Below, piece by piece: positions 1 to 9,451 of a DNA stretch of 64,000 bases. How positions within the stretch are numbered: the first letter of the stretch is position 1; each line of letters begins with the position of its first letter. The position numbers and the translations under genes were made by a program. The notes below the pieces were generated by a model. The model ran no database searches and was not told where the DNA came from. It saw only the letters and a list, made by a program, of their open reading frames with translations. This stretch comes from Gammaproteobacteria bacterium. GTDB taxonomy: Bacteria > Pseudomonadota > Gammaproteobacteria > Natronospirales > REEB76. Where the stretch lies: the NCBI GenBank assembly GCA_035691665.1, contig DASSIS010000064.1, positions 73-64,072 on the forward strand. Direction: 5' to 3'.

Positions 1-325
1 CGCGGCGCTCGAACCGGACTGTAACCCGTTCCACGGATTCGGCCGCCGCACCCAGGCCCCAGGTATAGCGGAGGCGGTAGGGCGGCTCGATGGACTCGAA
101 GACACCGGCGATCCACAGCACCGTGCCGTCCGGGAGACGGTTGCCGATGCGGTAGGCGCCTCCCACCCGCAGGTCCAGCTCCGCGCCTATGCATTCGACG
201 CCCTCTGGGCCCCACCACCGCCGCAGGCGCTCGGGTTCGGTCCAGGCGGCGAAGAGTTGCTCCGGTGTGCCCTGTACCGTCTGGCGCACCACCAGGGTGA
301 GGCCCGGTTTCGCGGCGGGCGGCAT
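1..325 (-). CDS. SRPBCC/AHSA1-like domain protein (partial; C-terminus lies beyond the window start)
   Basis: Minus-strand frame runs off the window start. Its ATG (325..323) overlaps the arsR stop as ATGA. My translation is MPPAAKPGLTLVVRQTVQGTPEQLFAAWTEPERLRRWWGPEG..VGGAYRIGNRLPDGT..., the usual Aha1/SRPBCC pattern found downstream of ArsR regulators. It is absent from the ORF track because no stop lies in the window. Confidence 0.75.
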   Translation of the reverse strand, partial: MPPAAKPGLTLVVRQTVQGTPEQLFAAWTEPERLRRWWGPEGVECIGAELDLRVGGAYRIGNRLPDGTVLWIAGVFESIEPPYRLRYTWGLGAAAESVERVTVRFERR

Positions 326-687
326 CAGCGCCGTCCCCCGGTCTCGCGTTCCATGTAGCGTGCCAGGGATTTGAGGGAGCTCTCCCAGAAGCCGCGCTGG
401 GCCGTCACCCAGCGGGCCGCATCCTCCAGGGGTGCGGCGGCGAGCGTGCAATGATGTACCCGGCCGTCCACGCTGCGTTCGATGAGCCCTGCCTGCTCCA
501 GCACCTTGAGGTGCCGCGACACCGCCGGTAGGGACATGGCGAAAGGTTCCGCGAGTTCCGAGACCTTGGCCGGGCCGCGTGCGAGGCGTTCCAGGATGGT
601 CCGGCGTGTGCGGTCCGAGAGCGCGCCGAACACCTGGTCCAGCCGTGTTGCTTCCGCCTCAAGTCTCTTCTTGGCGCTTGCCGGCAT
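325..687 (-). CDS. ArsR/SmtB-family winged-helix transcriptional regulator
   Basis: 120 aa. HTH core is LSDRTRRTILERLARGPAKVSELAEPFAMSLPAVSRHLKVLEQAGLI. Translationally coupled to the downstream SRPBCC gene. Confidence 0.9.
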   Translation of the reverse strand: MPASAKKRLEAEATRLDQVFGALSDRTRRTILERLARGPAKVSELAEPFAMSLPAVSRHLKVLEQAGLIERSVDGRVHHCTLAAAPLEDAARWVTAQRGFWESSLKSLARYMERETGGRR

Positions 688-710
688 CGTCCGCTCCCGG
701 AGGGCTTGCT

Positions 711-724
711 AATTGTTAACAATT
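711..724. promoter_or_regulatory. Perfect 14-bp palindrome AATTGTTAACAATT in an AT-rich divergent promoter; candidate ArsR operator
   Basis: The palindrome lies between the divergent arsR (start 687) and the secreted SRPBCC gene (start 777). TTGTTAAC recurs at 713..720 and 725..732. This is the only AT-rich patch in otherwise GC-rich DNA here. Confidence 0.5.
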
Positions 725-776
725 TTGTTAACTATTGCAAGCGGCCGCAGCGGGCGGTCACCCGAGGAGCGGCCCC

Positions 777-1370
777 ATGCGTAGCATCGCCAGCACCCTG
801 ATCGCCATGGCCCTCGCCTGGAGCGGCGCCGCCGCTGCCGGCACCATCCAGCAGACCGTCGAGTTCCCCGGCGTCGCCCCCCAGGTGGTGTACGACGCTT
901 ACCTGTCCGCCAAGGGTCACGCAGCCATGACCGGGTTCCCAGCCTCCTTCTACCGCCCCTCCACCAAGGCGGAAGTGGAGACGGGCGAGGAGGGTGACGA
1001 GTTCCGCGGATTCGGCATCAAGGGCAAGGATGGCACGCTCCAGTACCTCATCGGCGGGCGCCTCCTGCATCTCGTGCCGGGCAAGCAGATCGTCATGACC
1101 TGGCATGCCGCCATGTGGGGTGGCCACCAGGAACTGGGTGCGGGACCGTCGGCCGACTGCATCCTGGTGCTGACCTTCAAGTCCGCCTACGGCGGCACCG
1201 AGCTAGATCTGGTGCAGACCGACATCCCGGAGTTCCCCGGACTGGACGCGGAGGCCGCACCCAAGCAGTACAGCTCCGAGACTTCCACCGTGAACACCAA
1301 CTGGTATTTCCGCTACTGGGCACCGATGCAGAAATATTTCCAGTCCCAGGCAGCCAAGCCCAGCGCCTAG
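777..1370 (+). CDS. Secreted SRPBCC/AHSA1-like domain protein
   Basis: ORF 735..1370. The internal start MRSIASTLIAMALAWSGAAAAG gives a clean signal peptide. The body (TIQQTVEFPGVAPQVVYDAYL...IVMTWH...LVLTF) resembles the Aha1/SRPBCC fold. Confidence 0.75.
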   Translation: MRSIASTLIAMALAWSGAAAAGTIQQTVEFPGVAPQVVYDAYLSAKGHAAMTGFPASFYRPSTKAEVETGEEGDEFRGFGIKGKDGTLQYLIGGRLLHLVPGKQIVMTWHAAMWGGHQELGAGPSADCILVLTFKSAYGGTELDLVQTDIPEFPGLDAEAAPKQYSSETSTVNTNWYFRYWAPMQKYFQSQAAKPSA

Positions 1371-1384
1371 CCGCCGTCCCGGCC

Positions 1385-3148
1385 TCAGGCCGCCTGGGCC
1401 TGTTGGCTCACCAGCTGCCGGGCCCGGGAGCGGGTCGCGGCGTCGGCAGCGAGCTCGCCGCGGGCCACCGCGTCCACGAAGCTCTCCGCCTCCCGGGCGC
1501 GTAGCGCGTGCAGCGCCGCCGCGAGCTGCTGGGCGATGCGCGTGAGCAGCGCCCGCTCGCTCTGGGTGTACTGTTCCGCCGGCCGCTGTCCCAGCACCAG
1601 GGCACCCATGAGCGTGCCGCGCACCGCCAAGGGGAAAGCCAAGCCTTCGCCGCCGAGGCCGCTCTTCAGCGTGTCCAAGTCCGCTTCCACCAGGTTCGCC
1701 CTCAGACTCACCATCGCGGGGTCGTCGGCGGTGAGCTGCTCGGGGAACGGTCGCGTGCCCCGGCCGCGCACCCGCGTGTAACCCGCGGCGGATTTCTCGT
1801 AGAACGCGACGCCCGTGGGTTTCAGGTATTCCAGGATCTCATCGGCGCCCCGGTCCAGGAGCACGTCCCGGTTCTCGATGAAGCCGCATTCCCGGGCGAG
1901 ACGCGAGAGTGCGCCCTCGGCGCGGAACTGCCGCTGGAAGAACAGCCGTTCCACGAAGCCATCGAGGCGCTTCTTCACCAGGTTCAGGGTCACGCCGAGG
2001 CTGAGGGGTACGAGCAGCTGCAGCAGGGCGCCCTCGGTGCGGCCCACGGCGAAGTGGTCGATGAGGCTCGAGAGCGCCGCGAACACCCCTACCACCAGGG
2101 TGGTGATGACGCCGTAGACCAGCGCCCGGTTGAGCACCAGCCGCAGGGACACGAGCCGGTGGCGCAGCACCGCGTAGGTGAAGCCCAGGAAGGCCACGGC
2201 GGTCAGCACCACCACGGCCAGGCTGGCCTCCAATGGGCCGACCACGGTGAGCAGGCTCAGGATGTTGGTGCTCACGAGGTAGGAGAGCACGTATATGAAG
2301 ATACTGGCGCCGACCCAGCGGATACGGGGGCGATCCGCCATCTCGGCATGACGGTAGAAGAGCGCGAGCAGGGTGAGCGGCACGGAGAAGGCCCCGAGAT
2401 GCACCAGGATGAGTCCGCGGAAATAGTTGCTCACGATGCCGTGGAACATGGCCGAGTAGGAGAGATAGGGGTTGAACACGGCATAGGTGACGAGCAGCAC
2501 GAGGAACAAGCGCCGCAAGTTGCGCCGCGCCCCGTCCGTGACGCCGGCGCGGGTGAGGTCGTCCGCCAGCAGGTAGAGGGCGATCAAGGTGCCGGCGTTC
2601 AGCAGATAGTTGGAGAGGGTGGCGGCATAAGACGTGTACGGCAGCGGCGCATAGATGCTGGTACCGACGGCCAACAGCACGTTCAATAGGCACCAGCTGC
2701 ACACCGCCCAGGCCGCCTGCCGCTGCCCGCGCCACAGGAGCAGCAAGCCGAGCGCCGCGAACAGCCAGGTGAGAGCGAGCTGCGCGAGATAGACCAGCAG
2801 GTTCATGCCGGTCTTGTGATCCAGTTGCACGCTCACCGGCACCCGGAGGTTCTTGCCGTCGCGCTGCACCGGCAGGTTGAGGGTCTCTCCTGCCATGGGG
2901 TTGCCGCCCGAGGCGACGAACAGCACCCGGTCGTGCAGCTCCATGGCGGAGATGTCGATGACGTCGCCTGCCTGCAGGCCGGCCGGCATGGTCAGGCCGA
3001 CGGAGCTCGGCACCACCACTCCCTGGCCGATCTTGGCGCCGGGCTGCATATCGAAGGGCAGGATGGTCTGGGGTACCAGCGTTGCGTAGAGGCAGCCCGT
3101 GATGGTCAGCAGGCTCACGGCGAGGGATGTCCAGAATCGGATGTTCAT
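1385..3148 (-). CDS. Polytopic membrane sensor-like protein: signal anchor, PDZ-like ectodomain, about 8-9 TM helices, C-terminal GAF-like domain, no output domain
   Basis: 587 aa. Has an N-terminal hydrophobic anchor and the ectodomain motif GLQAGDVIDIS, followed by many hydrophobic helices. The C-terminal 170 aa have GAF-like alternation (LLDRGADEILEYLKPTGVAFY...LAFPLAVRGTLMGALVLGQR...ERALLTRIAQQLAAAL). Confidence 0.8.
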   Translation of the reverse strand: MNIRFWTSLAVSLLTITGCLYATLVPQTILPFDMQPGAKIGQGVVVPSSVGLTMPAGLQAGDVIDISAMELHDRVLFVASGGNPMAGETLNLPVQRDGKNLRVPVSVQLDHKTGMNLLVYLAQLALTWLFAALGLLLLWRGQRQAAWAVCSWCLLNVLLAVGTSIYAPLPYTSYAATLSNYLLNAGTLIALYLLADDLTRAGVTDGARRNLRRLFLVLLVTYAVFNPYLSYSAMFHGIVSNYFRGLILVHLGAFSVPLTLLALFYRHAEMADRPRIRWVGASIFIYVLSYLVSTNILSLLTVVGPLEASLAVVVLTAVAFLGFTYAVLRHRLVSLRLVLNRALVYGVITTLVVGVFAALSSLIDHFAVGRTEGALLQLLVPLSLGVTLNLVKKRLDGFVERLFFQRQFRAEGALSRLARECGFIENRDVLLDRGADEILEYLKPTGVAFYEKSAAGYTRVRGRGTRPFPEQLTADDPAMVSLRANLVEADLDTLKSGLGGEGLAFPLAVRGTLMGALVLGQRPAEQYTQSERALLTRIAQQLAAALHALRAREAESFVDAVARGELAADAATRSRARQLVSQQAQAA

Positions 3149-3242
3149 GGAGCCTTACTCCCGGTGCAAATCTAGCGGCGTCCGCATTGTAGCGAGCCGG
3201 CTATATCCCAGTGGCCGCAGCGCAAACGGAATCCTGAGCCCG

Positions 3243-4997
3243 CTACGCGGTACTCGGCGGCTGCAGCAGCCGCTGCGCCTTGATCTGCGCCTCCCGATAG
3301 GTCGCGATCGCGCCCCGGGCGACGGCATCCAAGAAGTTCTCCGCGTCCCGGGCGTGCAGCGCATTCAAAGCCGCTGCCACCTGTTGGCCGAGGTTCGCCA
3401 AGAGTGCGCGCTCCGCCTGGGTGTAATGCTCCGCCGGCCGTTGCCCCAGGATCAGGACACCCATGAGCGAGCCCCGCACCGCCAAGGGGAAGCCCAAGCC
3501 CTCCTTGCCGAGAGCGCTCGTCAGCGTGTCCAGGTCCGCCTCCGCGAGGTTCGACCGCAGGCTCACCAGGGCGCCGTCGTCGCGCGCGAGTTTCGCAGGG
3601 AAGCGTCGTTCACCCTTCTGACGCACCAGGACGTAACAGGCTTCGTTCCTTTCATAGAGCGCGAGACCCGTGGGTTTCAGGTAGTGCAGCACTTCATCCA
3701 CGGTACGGTCGAGGAGTGCATCACGGTCTTCTATGAAGCCGCATTCCCGTATGAGGCGGGTGAGAGCAGTCTCGGCTTGGTACTGTCGCCGGAAGAACAG
3801 TCGTTCCACGAAGCCGTCCAGCCGCTTCTTGATGAGGTTCAAGGTCACACCCAGGCTTAAGGGGACCAGCAACTGCAGCAAGGTTCCTTCGGTACGGCCC
3901 ACGGCGAAGTGGTCGATGAGGCTGGTGAGCGCCGCGAACACACCCACCACCAGGGAGGTGATGACGCCGTAGACCAGGGTGCGATTCAATACCAACCGCA
4001 GCGACACCAGGCGGTGACGCAGCACCGCGTAGGTGAAACCGAGGAATGCCATGGCGGTCAATGCGTTCGATAGCAGGTCGAACTGCAAGTTACTCAGCGG
4101 CAAGAAGCCGGGGGCGAGATTCACCAAGTAGGAACCCACGTATATCAGCATGCTGGCCCATATCCAGCGGATACGGATGCGTTCCGCTGCCGGCGCCCGG
4201 CGGTAGCACAGCGCCAGCAGGGTCAGGGGCACCGCGAACGCGCAGAGATGCACGCTTATCAAAAACGTCTGCGTGTACGGAAGGGCCAGTTCCTTGACTA
4301 TGCCTAGGTAAGTGAGCGCGGGATTGCCCGCCGCATAGCAAGCGAAGAAGATGGCGAACAGCAGGCGCATGAAGCGGCGGGCGCCTGCCGTGATCCCCGC
4401 CCGTGTCAGGTCGTCCGCAAGCAGGTATAACCCCAGCAGGCTGCCGTCAGCCGAGAGCCTAAAAGAGATGAGGCTGATGAGGCCGCTCCACGGTTCATGT
4501 AGAGGCAGCACGGCGCCCACGGGTTGAAGTGCGTTGACCAGGCACCAAAGGCATACACCCCACGCCGCCTGCCGTTGGCCACGCCACAGGAGCAGCAACC
4601 CCAGGCCTGCGAACAGCCAGGTGAGTGCCAGGGATGTCAGATGGTCTACCAGACCCCCACCGCTTCTGTGGATCGCCACGAAGGCGACGGGGACTTTGAG
4701 TATCTGGCCGCCGCGCAGCACCGTCAGGTTCAAGATCTCGCCCGGAGGGGGGCTATTGCTGTCGGACATCGCCACGCGGTCACGCACGGCCATGGAAGAG
4801 ATATCGATGATGTCTCCCGCCAGGAGGCCCGGTGGCAAGGGGACTCCTGTGGAGGGCACTACAGTGGCACGTGTGGAGCTGCCGGGGACCGCTACGACGT
4901 CGAAGGGGAAAGTGGTCTGGGGTGCCCAGCTCGCGTAGCAGCAGCCCACGACCACCAGCAGGCTTAAGGCTAAGTAAGACCAGAAACGGATGCTCAT
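3243..4997 (-). CDS. Paralogue of 1385..3148 (signal anchor, PDZ-like ectodomain, polytopic core, GAF-like C-terminus)
   Basis: 584 aa and colinear with its neighbour. Identical blocks include AFLGFTYAVLRHRLVSLRLVLNR, LIDHFAVGRTEG and KKRLDGFVERLFF. The ectodomain and first helices have diverged. Confidence 0.8.
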   Translation of the reverse strand: MSIRFWSYLALSLLVVVGCCYASWAPQTTFPFDVVAVPGSSTRATVVPSTGVPLPPGLLAGDIIDISSMAVRDRVAMSDSNSPPPGEILNLTVLRGGQILKVPVAFVAIHRSGGGLVDHLTSLALTWLFAGLGLLLLWRGQRQAAWGVCLWCLVNALQPVGAVLPLHEPWSGLISLISFRLSADGSLLGLYLLADDLTRAGITAGARRFMRLLFAIFFACYAAGNPALTYLGIVKELALPYTQTFLISVHLCAFAVPLTLLALCYRRAPAAERIRIRWIWASMLIYVGSYLVNLAPGFLPLSNLQFDLLSNALTAMAFLGFTYAVLRHRLVSLRLVLNRTLVYGVITSLVVGVFAALTSLIDHFAVGRTEGTLLQLLVPLSLGVTLNLIKKRLDGFVERLFFRRQYQAETALTRLIRECGFIEDRDALLDRTVDEVLHYLKPTGLALYERNEACYVLVRQKGERRFPAKLARDDGALVSLRSNLAEADLDTLTSALGKEGLGFPLAVRGSLMGVLILGQRPAEHYTQAERALLANLGQQVAAALNALHARDAENFLDAVARGAIATYREAQIKAQRLLQPPSTA

Positions 4998-5147
4998 GGA
5001 GCCTCACTCCCGTTGCAGATCCATCGGCGCCTACATTGTAGCGGGTCGCTATGCCGTGTTTACGAGGAGGCGGTGGGAACTTGGCGCAGGTGAGGTGGTC
5101 GGATGATGGGTGCCGCCTTGGGGCGGCTGGTCCAGGGGAGAGCGGAT

Positions 5148-7670
5148 ATGTCCGGCGTCAAGCATACCGCAGGTATTGGTCTCATCCTGGTGGTGCTGGG
5201 TGCAGCCCCGACGTGGGCGGCGGACCTGCCACCTTTCGGCGATCCTGCCGTCTCGCACTGGGCCCCGAGCCGCGGCTACCACGTGGAGGATTACCGCCTG
5301 GCGCTGCATTTCGACCAGGCGAGAGGAGAGGTGTTCGGGGACGAAACCGTGACTCTCAGGCCCTTTGAGACCGGGTTCAAGCGCTTCTATCTGGACAGCG
5401 CCGAGCTCAGTATCGATTCCGTCACCCTGCTGCCTCCCAAGGGCAAGCCGCTCGCGCTCAAGTTCGACGCCGAGGACCCGCATCTCTGGATCGACCTCGA
5501 CCGCGACTACGCGCCTCAGGACAAGCTGCGGGTGCGCATCGTCTACCACGGCAAGCCGCGCTTCGGTCTCTTCTTCGACAACCCGAGTGCAGCCTATCCG
5601 GACACGCCCCGTGAGATCTGGACCCAGGGCGAGAGCGAGTTCAACCATTTCTGGTTCCCCTGCTGGGACTATCCCAACGACATGGCCACGAGCGAACTCG
5701 TCGTCACCGTGCCCAAGGGGCAGGTGGTGGTGTCCAACGGCCGGCTCGCCGGAGTCACCCACGCCGGCGGCGAGGATACTTACGACTGGGTGGAAGCAGT
5801 GCCCCACAGCACCTATCTCACTTCCCTCGCCATCGGCCCCTTCGAGAGAGTGCACGACAGCTACCACGGCAAGCCCGTGGATTACTACGCTCCCCGCGGC
5901 ACGGATGAAGCCACGGTGCGCCGCGCCTTCGGCCTCACGCCGGACATGATTGGCTTCTTCTCACGCATCTCGGTGGAATACCCCTATGAGAAGTACGACC
6001 AGGTGGCGGTACGCGACTTCTTCTTCGGCGGCATGGAGAACGTGAGCGCCACCACCCTGCAGGAATGGGCGCTGCAGGACCCGCGGGCGTCGGAGGATTT
6101 CCCCGTGGCCGAGACCGTGGCCCACGAGCTCGCCCAGCATTGGTTCGGGGATTACGCCCAGGGGCGCGACTGGGCCGACATCTGGCTCAACGAGGGTTTC
6201 GCCACCTATCTCCCGGCGCTCTACACCCAGTACCACGTGGATTACGACGCCTACCGCTTCCAGATGCTGGGTTACCAGGACGAGGCCCTGCGCCAGGACC
6301 GGGAAGATTACCTGAGGCCCATCGTGGACCGGCACTACCACGATGGCATGGACATGTTCGACTCCATCACCCACGAGAAGGGCGCGGCGGTGCTCGACAT
6401 GCTGCGCTACGTGCTGGACGGGCCCGAGGCTGTGACCCGCATCGGTTCGCAGCAGGAACCGTTCTTCCAGGTGCTGCGCGCCTACCTCGAGGCCCACCGC
6501 GCCCAGGCAGTGGACACCTCGGCGCTCGTGGCCGCGGTGCGCGAGACCACGGGCCAGGACATGGGTTGGTTCTTCCACCAATGGGTCTACCTGGCCGGCA
6601 CCCCGGCCTATAAGGTTAGTGCGGCTTACGACGCGGCGACGAAGACCGAGAGCGTGACAGTGGTCCAGACCCAGCAGGGGACGGACGTGCCTGCGGTGTT
6701 CCGCATGCCCATCCAGCTCGCGTTCCATGGCGCGGGCGGTGCCGCCAAATCCGTGATGGTGGATGACGCGCAGGCGACCCAGAGTTTCAGCGTCCCTCTG
6801 GACTTCGAGCCCGCTTGGGTGGATTTCGATCCGGACGGTTATATAGAGAAGCGCCTGGACTTCCCCCAGCCCGTGGCGGCGCTCGCGGCGGCGGCAGAGC
6901 AGGATCCGTCCATGCGCGCGCGGCTCTGGGCCGCGGGCGAGTTGGGCAAGGCTCAGGGTCCCGACACTGATCCGGCCCAGGCGGCCCTCGCCGAGGTGCT
7001 GAGCTCGGATCGTTTCTACGGAGTGCGTGCCGCCGCGGCGGCGAGCCTGGGAGCCTTGGGGGGCGATGCCGCCCGCGGGACCCTGCTCGCCAACCTCAGG
7101 CAGCCCGACAGCCGGGTGCGGATGGCGGTGGTGCAGGCCCTCGGTCGCTGGCATGGGGATGCGGCAGTGTTCACGGCGTTGGCAGACATGCTGCGCCAGG
7201 ATCCGAGCTACGCGGTGCAGGTCTCGGCCGCAGCGGCTATCGGCACCTCGGCTTCGCCCGAGGCTTTCCCCTTGCTCCAAGATGAATTCGCGGGACACCA
7301 CGACGTCCACGTGCAGCGCGCGCTGCTCGGGGCCCTGGCCGCCACCCATGATCCCCGCGCCGTGCCCATGCTGCTCGCGGCTGGCCGGCCCGGTTCACCG
7401 ATCCGGCTGCGCTTGAGCGCCTTCGCGGGCCTCACGGCCATGCGGGACCTGGTGCAGCGGGACCATGCGGAGGAACTCGCCAGCCTCGTCGGTGCGGGTC
7501 TGCACGACACCTATATACCGCTGCAGCAATCGGCGCAGCAGCTGGTGGCGAGCTTCCATCTGACTCAGTTCAAGCCGGAGCTGGAAGCAGAAGCGACCCA
7601 GGCGCCGAGTGAGTGGCAGCGGCAGATTGCCAAAGCGGCGCTCCAGCAGCTGCAGGCCTCTGCACCTTAG
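5148..7670 (+). CDS. Secreted M1-family zinc aminopeptidase with C-terminal HEAT/PBS-lyase-like repeats
   Basis: Motifs GGMEN, HELAQHWFGD and WLNEGFATY (HEXXH-18-E). Signal peptide MSGVKHTAGIGLILVVLGAAPTWA. The ORF opens at 5103, so the start is uncertain. The C-terminal 250 aa are Ala/Leu-rich helical repeats. Confidence 0.9.
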   Translation: MSGVKHTAGIGLILVVLGAAPTWAADLPPFGDPAVSHWAPSRGYHVEDYRLALHFDQARGEVFGDETVTLRPFETGFKRFYLDSAELSIDSVTLLPPKGKPLALKFDAEDPHLWIDLDRDYAPQDKLRVRIVYHGKPRFGLFFDNPSAAYPDTPREIWTQGESEFNHFWFPCWDYPNDMATSELVVTVPKGQVVVSNGRLAGVTHAGGEDTYDWVEAVPHSTYLTSLAIGPFERVHDSYHGKPVDYYAPRGTDEATVRRAFGLTPDMIGFFSRISVEYPYEKYDQVAVRDFFFGGMENVSATTLQEWALQDPRASEDFPVAETVAHELAQHWFGDYAQGRDWADIWLNEGFATYLPALYTQYHVDYDAYRFQMLGYQDEALRQDREDYLRPIVDRHYHDGMDMFDSITHEKGAAVLDMLRYVLDGPEAVTRIGSQQEPFFQVLRAYLEAHRAQAVDTSALVAAVRETTGQDMGWFFHQWVYLAGTPAYKVSAAYDAATKTESVTVVQTQQGTDVPAVFRMPIQLAFHGAGGAAKSVMVDDAQATQSFSVPLDFEPAWVDFDPDGYIEKRLDFPQPVAALAAAAEQDPSMRARLWAAGELGKAQGPDTDPAQAALAEVLSSDRFYGVRAAAAASLGALGGDAARGTLLANLRQPDSRVRMAVVQALGRWHGDAAVFTALADMLRQDPSYAVQVSAAAAIGTSASPEAFPLLQDEFAGHHDVHVQRALLGALAATHDPRAVPMLLAAGRPGSPIRLRLSAFAGLTAMRDLVQRDHAEELASLVGAGLHDTYIPLQQSAQQLVASFHLTQFKPELEAEATQAPSEWQRQIAKAALQQLQASAP

Positions 7671-7688
7671 CAGGAGACTGGCTCCCCG

Positions 7689-9317
7689 TTACGGCGGCGT
7701 GTCAGATCCGGCTTTCGGTGGAGCAGCACAGTCGAAATCCGCGGCATCGTCCGTGCTGCCCGCACCGCGATAGTGCGCGACGTCCGGAAAGGCACAAAGC
7801 GGGCGGGTCCGCACGACGTCGCCGTTTGGCTTGCGCTTGGTCGCGATGATCCGTTCAGGCGCAGTCCCTTCCTCAACCCAGCGTTGCAGCGCAGCCCCTA
7901 TTTTCGTATTGGGGTCACCCGCGCCTGCCGCAAACTGCCCGAAACTGTTCGGACCCGGCCCGCCAAAGACATGCAACAAGCCGGGGACCATGAACAGCCG
8001 CACAGAGTCGGTGGCCGCCTTCTGGCCGATCGTATCGCGGACCCGCTCGTAGTAATCCACAGTGGTAAGCGGTGGAATCACCTGGTCATTCCAGCCCTGG
8101 TACAGGATCAGCTTCCCGCCATGGGCCACGAATTTCCTGAGATCGGGGTCAGTCGCGTTCATGATAGCCGTGAGCTTCTGGTCTGCCACCGGGATATCAC
8201 GATCAGGGTCGAAGCCGTGGAAATCCCATTTGGGATCGCCGAACGCCAACCCGCTGAAATAGCCATAGGCAAACTTATGGAAGAAACTTTCTGCCTGCGG
8301 AGAGCTTGTTGTCCAGCCATCCCATCCGGTTTCCGCGCCTGGCGAGTAGCCGGGCAAGGTCGCTCCTCCCGGAAGCACCAGGCCCGCGTAGATCGTCCGC
8401 AGCGCCGCGAGTTGCGCTTGCGTCAGACACTGGTCCGTTTCCGGACCTTGGCAGAGCAATACTGATGGGTCGAAGGCACAACGCCAGGGATCGTCGATCA
8501 CCCCATCCTTGATGCCGTCGATGCCATCACAGGCCGCCAGTGCCGCCGCCTGGATGGCCGGGAGCTTGCTGGGTGGGAAATAGCCGGCTTTTTTCCCAAA
8601 CCATACAAAATCGATGGACGCGACCCCGGCAAAAACGTGCGTATAGTCGATCACGGGCGCCCCGGCGATGATCCCGTCGTAGTCATCCGGGTAGCGTTGG
8701 GCTTCGATCAAGGCTTGGCGTCCACCATTGGAGCCACCACTGAAATACGAATAGGCGGCTTTGCGGCCGTAGAAGGCGGCGACGATCGTCTTGGCGCGGA
8801 CCGTGACTTCGTGGATTGCCCTGTATCCGTAGTCGATCACCTTCTCGGGATGCCCGATCGCCCAACTGGCGTCGGTAGGGCCACCCTCGTGCCCCACGTC
8901 GGTCCCGACCGCCGCGTACCCCTCGGCGAGTCCGGCTTCGAGGCTTCCGCCCCCGAGACTTTCATAAGGCATGAGGCCTGAAAAACCACCATTGCTTGCC
9001 CCCCAAAGCCGGCCATTCCATTCCGCTGCGGGCAGCCAGACCTCGAACTTGATGTCCGAGTCGCTCGAGGGCTTGGCGATGCCCGCGACCCGACAGAATG
9101 CCTTCAGATCCGGGAGCGGGTCGCCGTCCGGCGTCTTGAAGGTTCCCGCTGCCACAAGCTCCGCACTGACGATGGTCGTCTGTGGAAGCTGCATGCTCGC
9201 GAGGTTCCTGCAATCCGGCGCGGGCGAAGCGGCGAAGCTGTCGGGCGCGAAAGCCAGGAGATACCCGATGCCGACAGCCAGCAGCAAGTTTGCCATACGG
9301 TATTCGATCGAAGTCAT
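7689..9317 (-). CDS. Tannase/feruloyl-esterase-family alpha/beta hydrolase, secreted
   Basis: Motif YFSGGSNGGRQALIEAQRYPDDYDGIIAGAP is typical of the family. Has a signal peptide. The ORF opens at 9347; the ATG at 9317 has the GAGGGA ribosome-binding site. Confidence 0.85.
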   Translation of the reverse strand: MTSIEYRMANLLLAVGIGYLLAFAPDSFAASPAPDCRNLASMQLPQTTIVSAELVAAGTFKTPDGDPLPDLKAFCRVAGIAKPSSDSDIKFEVWLPAAEWNGRLWGASNGGFSGLMPYESLGGGSLEAGLAEGYAAVGTDVGHEGGPTDASWAIGHPEKVIDYGYRAIHEVTVRAKTIVAAFYGRKAAYSYFSGGSNGGRQALIEAQRYPDDYDGIIAGAPVIDYTHVFAGVASIDFVWFGKKAGYFPPSKLPAIQAAALAACDGIDGIKDGVIDDPWRCAFDPSVLLCQGPETDQCLTQAQLAALRTIYAGLVLPGGATLPGYSPGAETGWDGWTTSSPQAESFFHKFAYGYFSGLAFGDPKWDFHGFDPDRDIPVADQKLTAIMNATDPDLRKFVAHGGKLILYQGWNDQVIPPLTTVDYYERVRDTIGQKAATDSVRLFMVPGLLHVFGGPGPNSFGQFAAGAGDPNTKIGAALQRWVEEGTAPERIIATKRKPNGDVVRTRPLCAFPDVAHYRGAGSTDDAADFDCAAPPKAGSDTPP

Positions 9318-9451
9318 AGTGCGTCCCTCACTATATTGCAGGGCCATCGAGCTCCGCGTGCTCCGGTGTCGTCTTCGGGGTGAGCCGCGGCAATGATCCG
9401 GGTCGGCGGCGTTCTAGAGATGGAAGGGCGCGGATCATGGTTGCACGCGTG

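Noticed and set aside
1508-2689. 393-aa plus-strand ORF, with analogous long antisense or alternative-frame ORFs at 5049..5867, 5961..7349, 12356..13156, 13160..14788, 26891..27772, 28062..29411, 32720..33880, 35446..36765, 43745..44392, 51325..52074 and 58805..60487
   Set aside because: All overlap genes with strong family signatures on the other strand or in another frame, and all have Arg/Gly/His/Pro-rich translations. I treated them as artefacts of high GC content.
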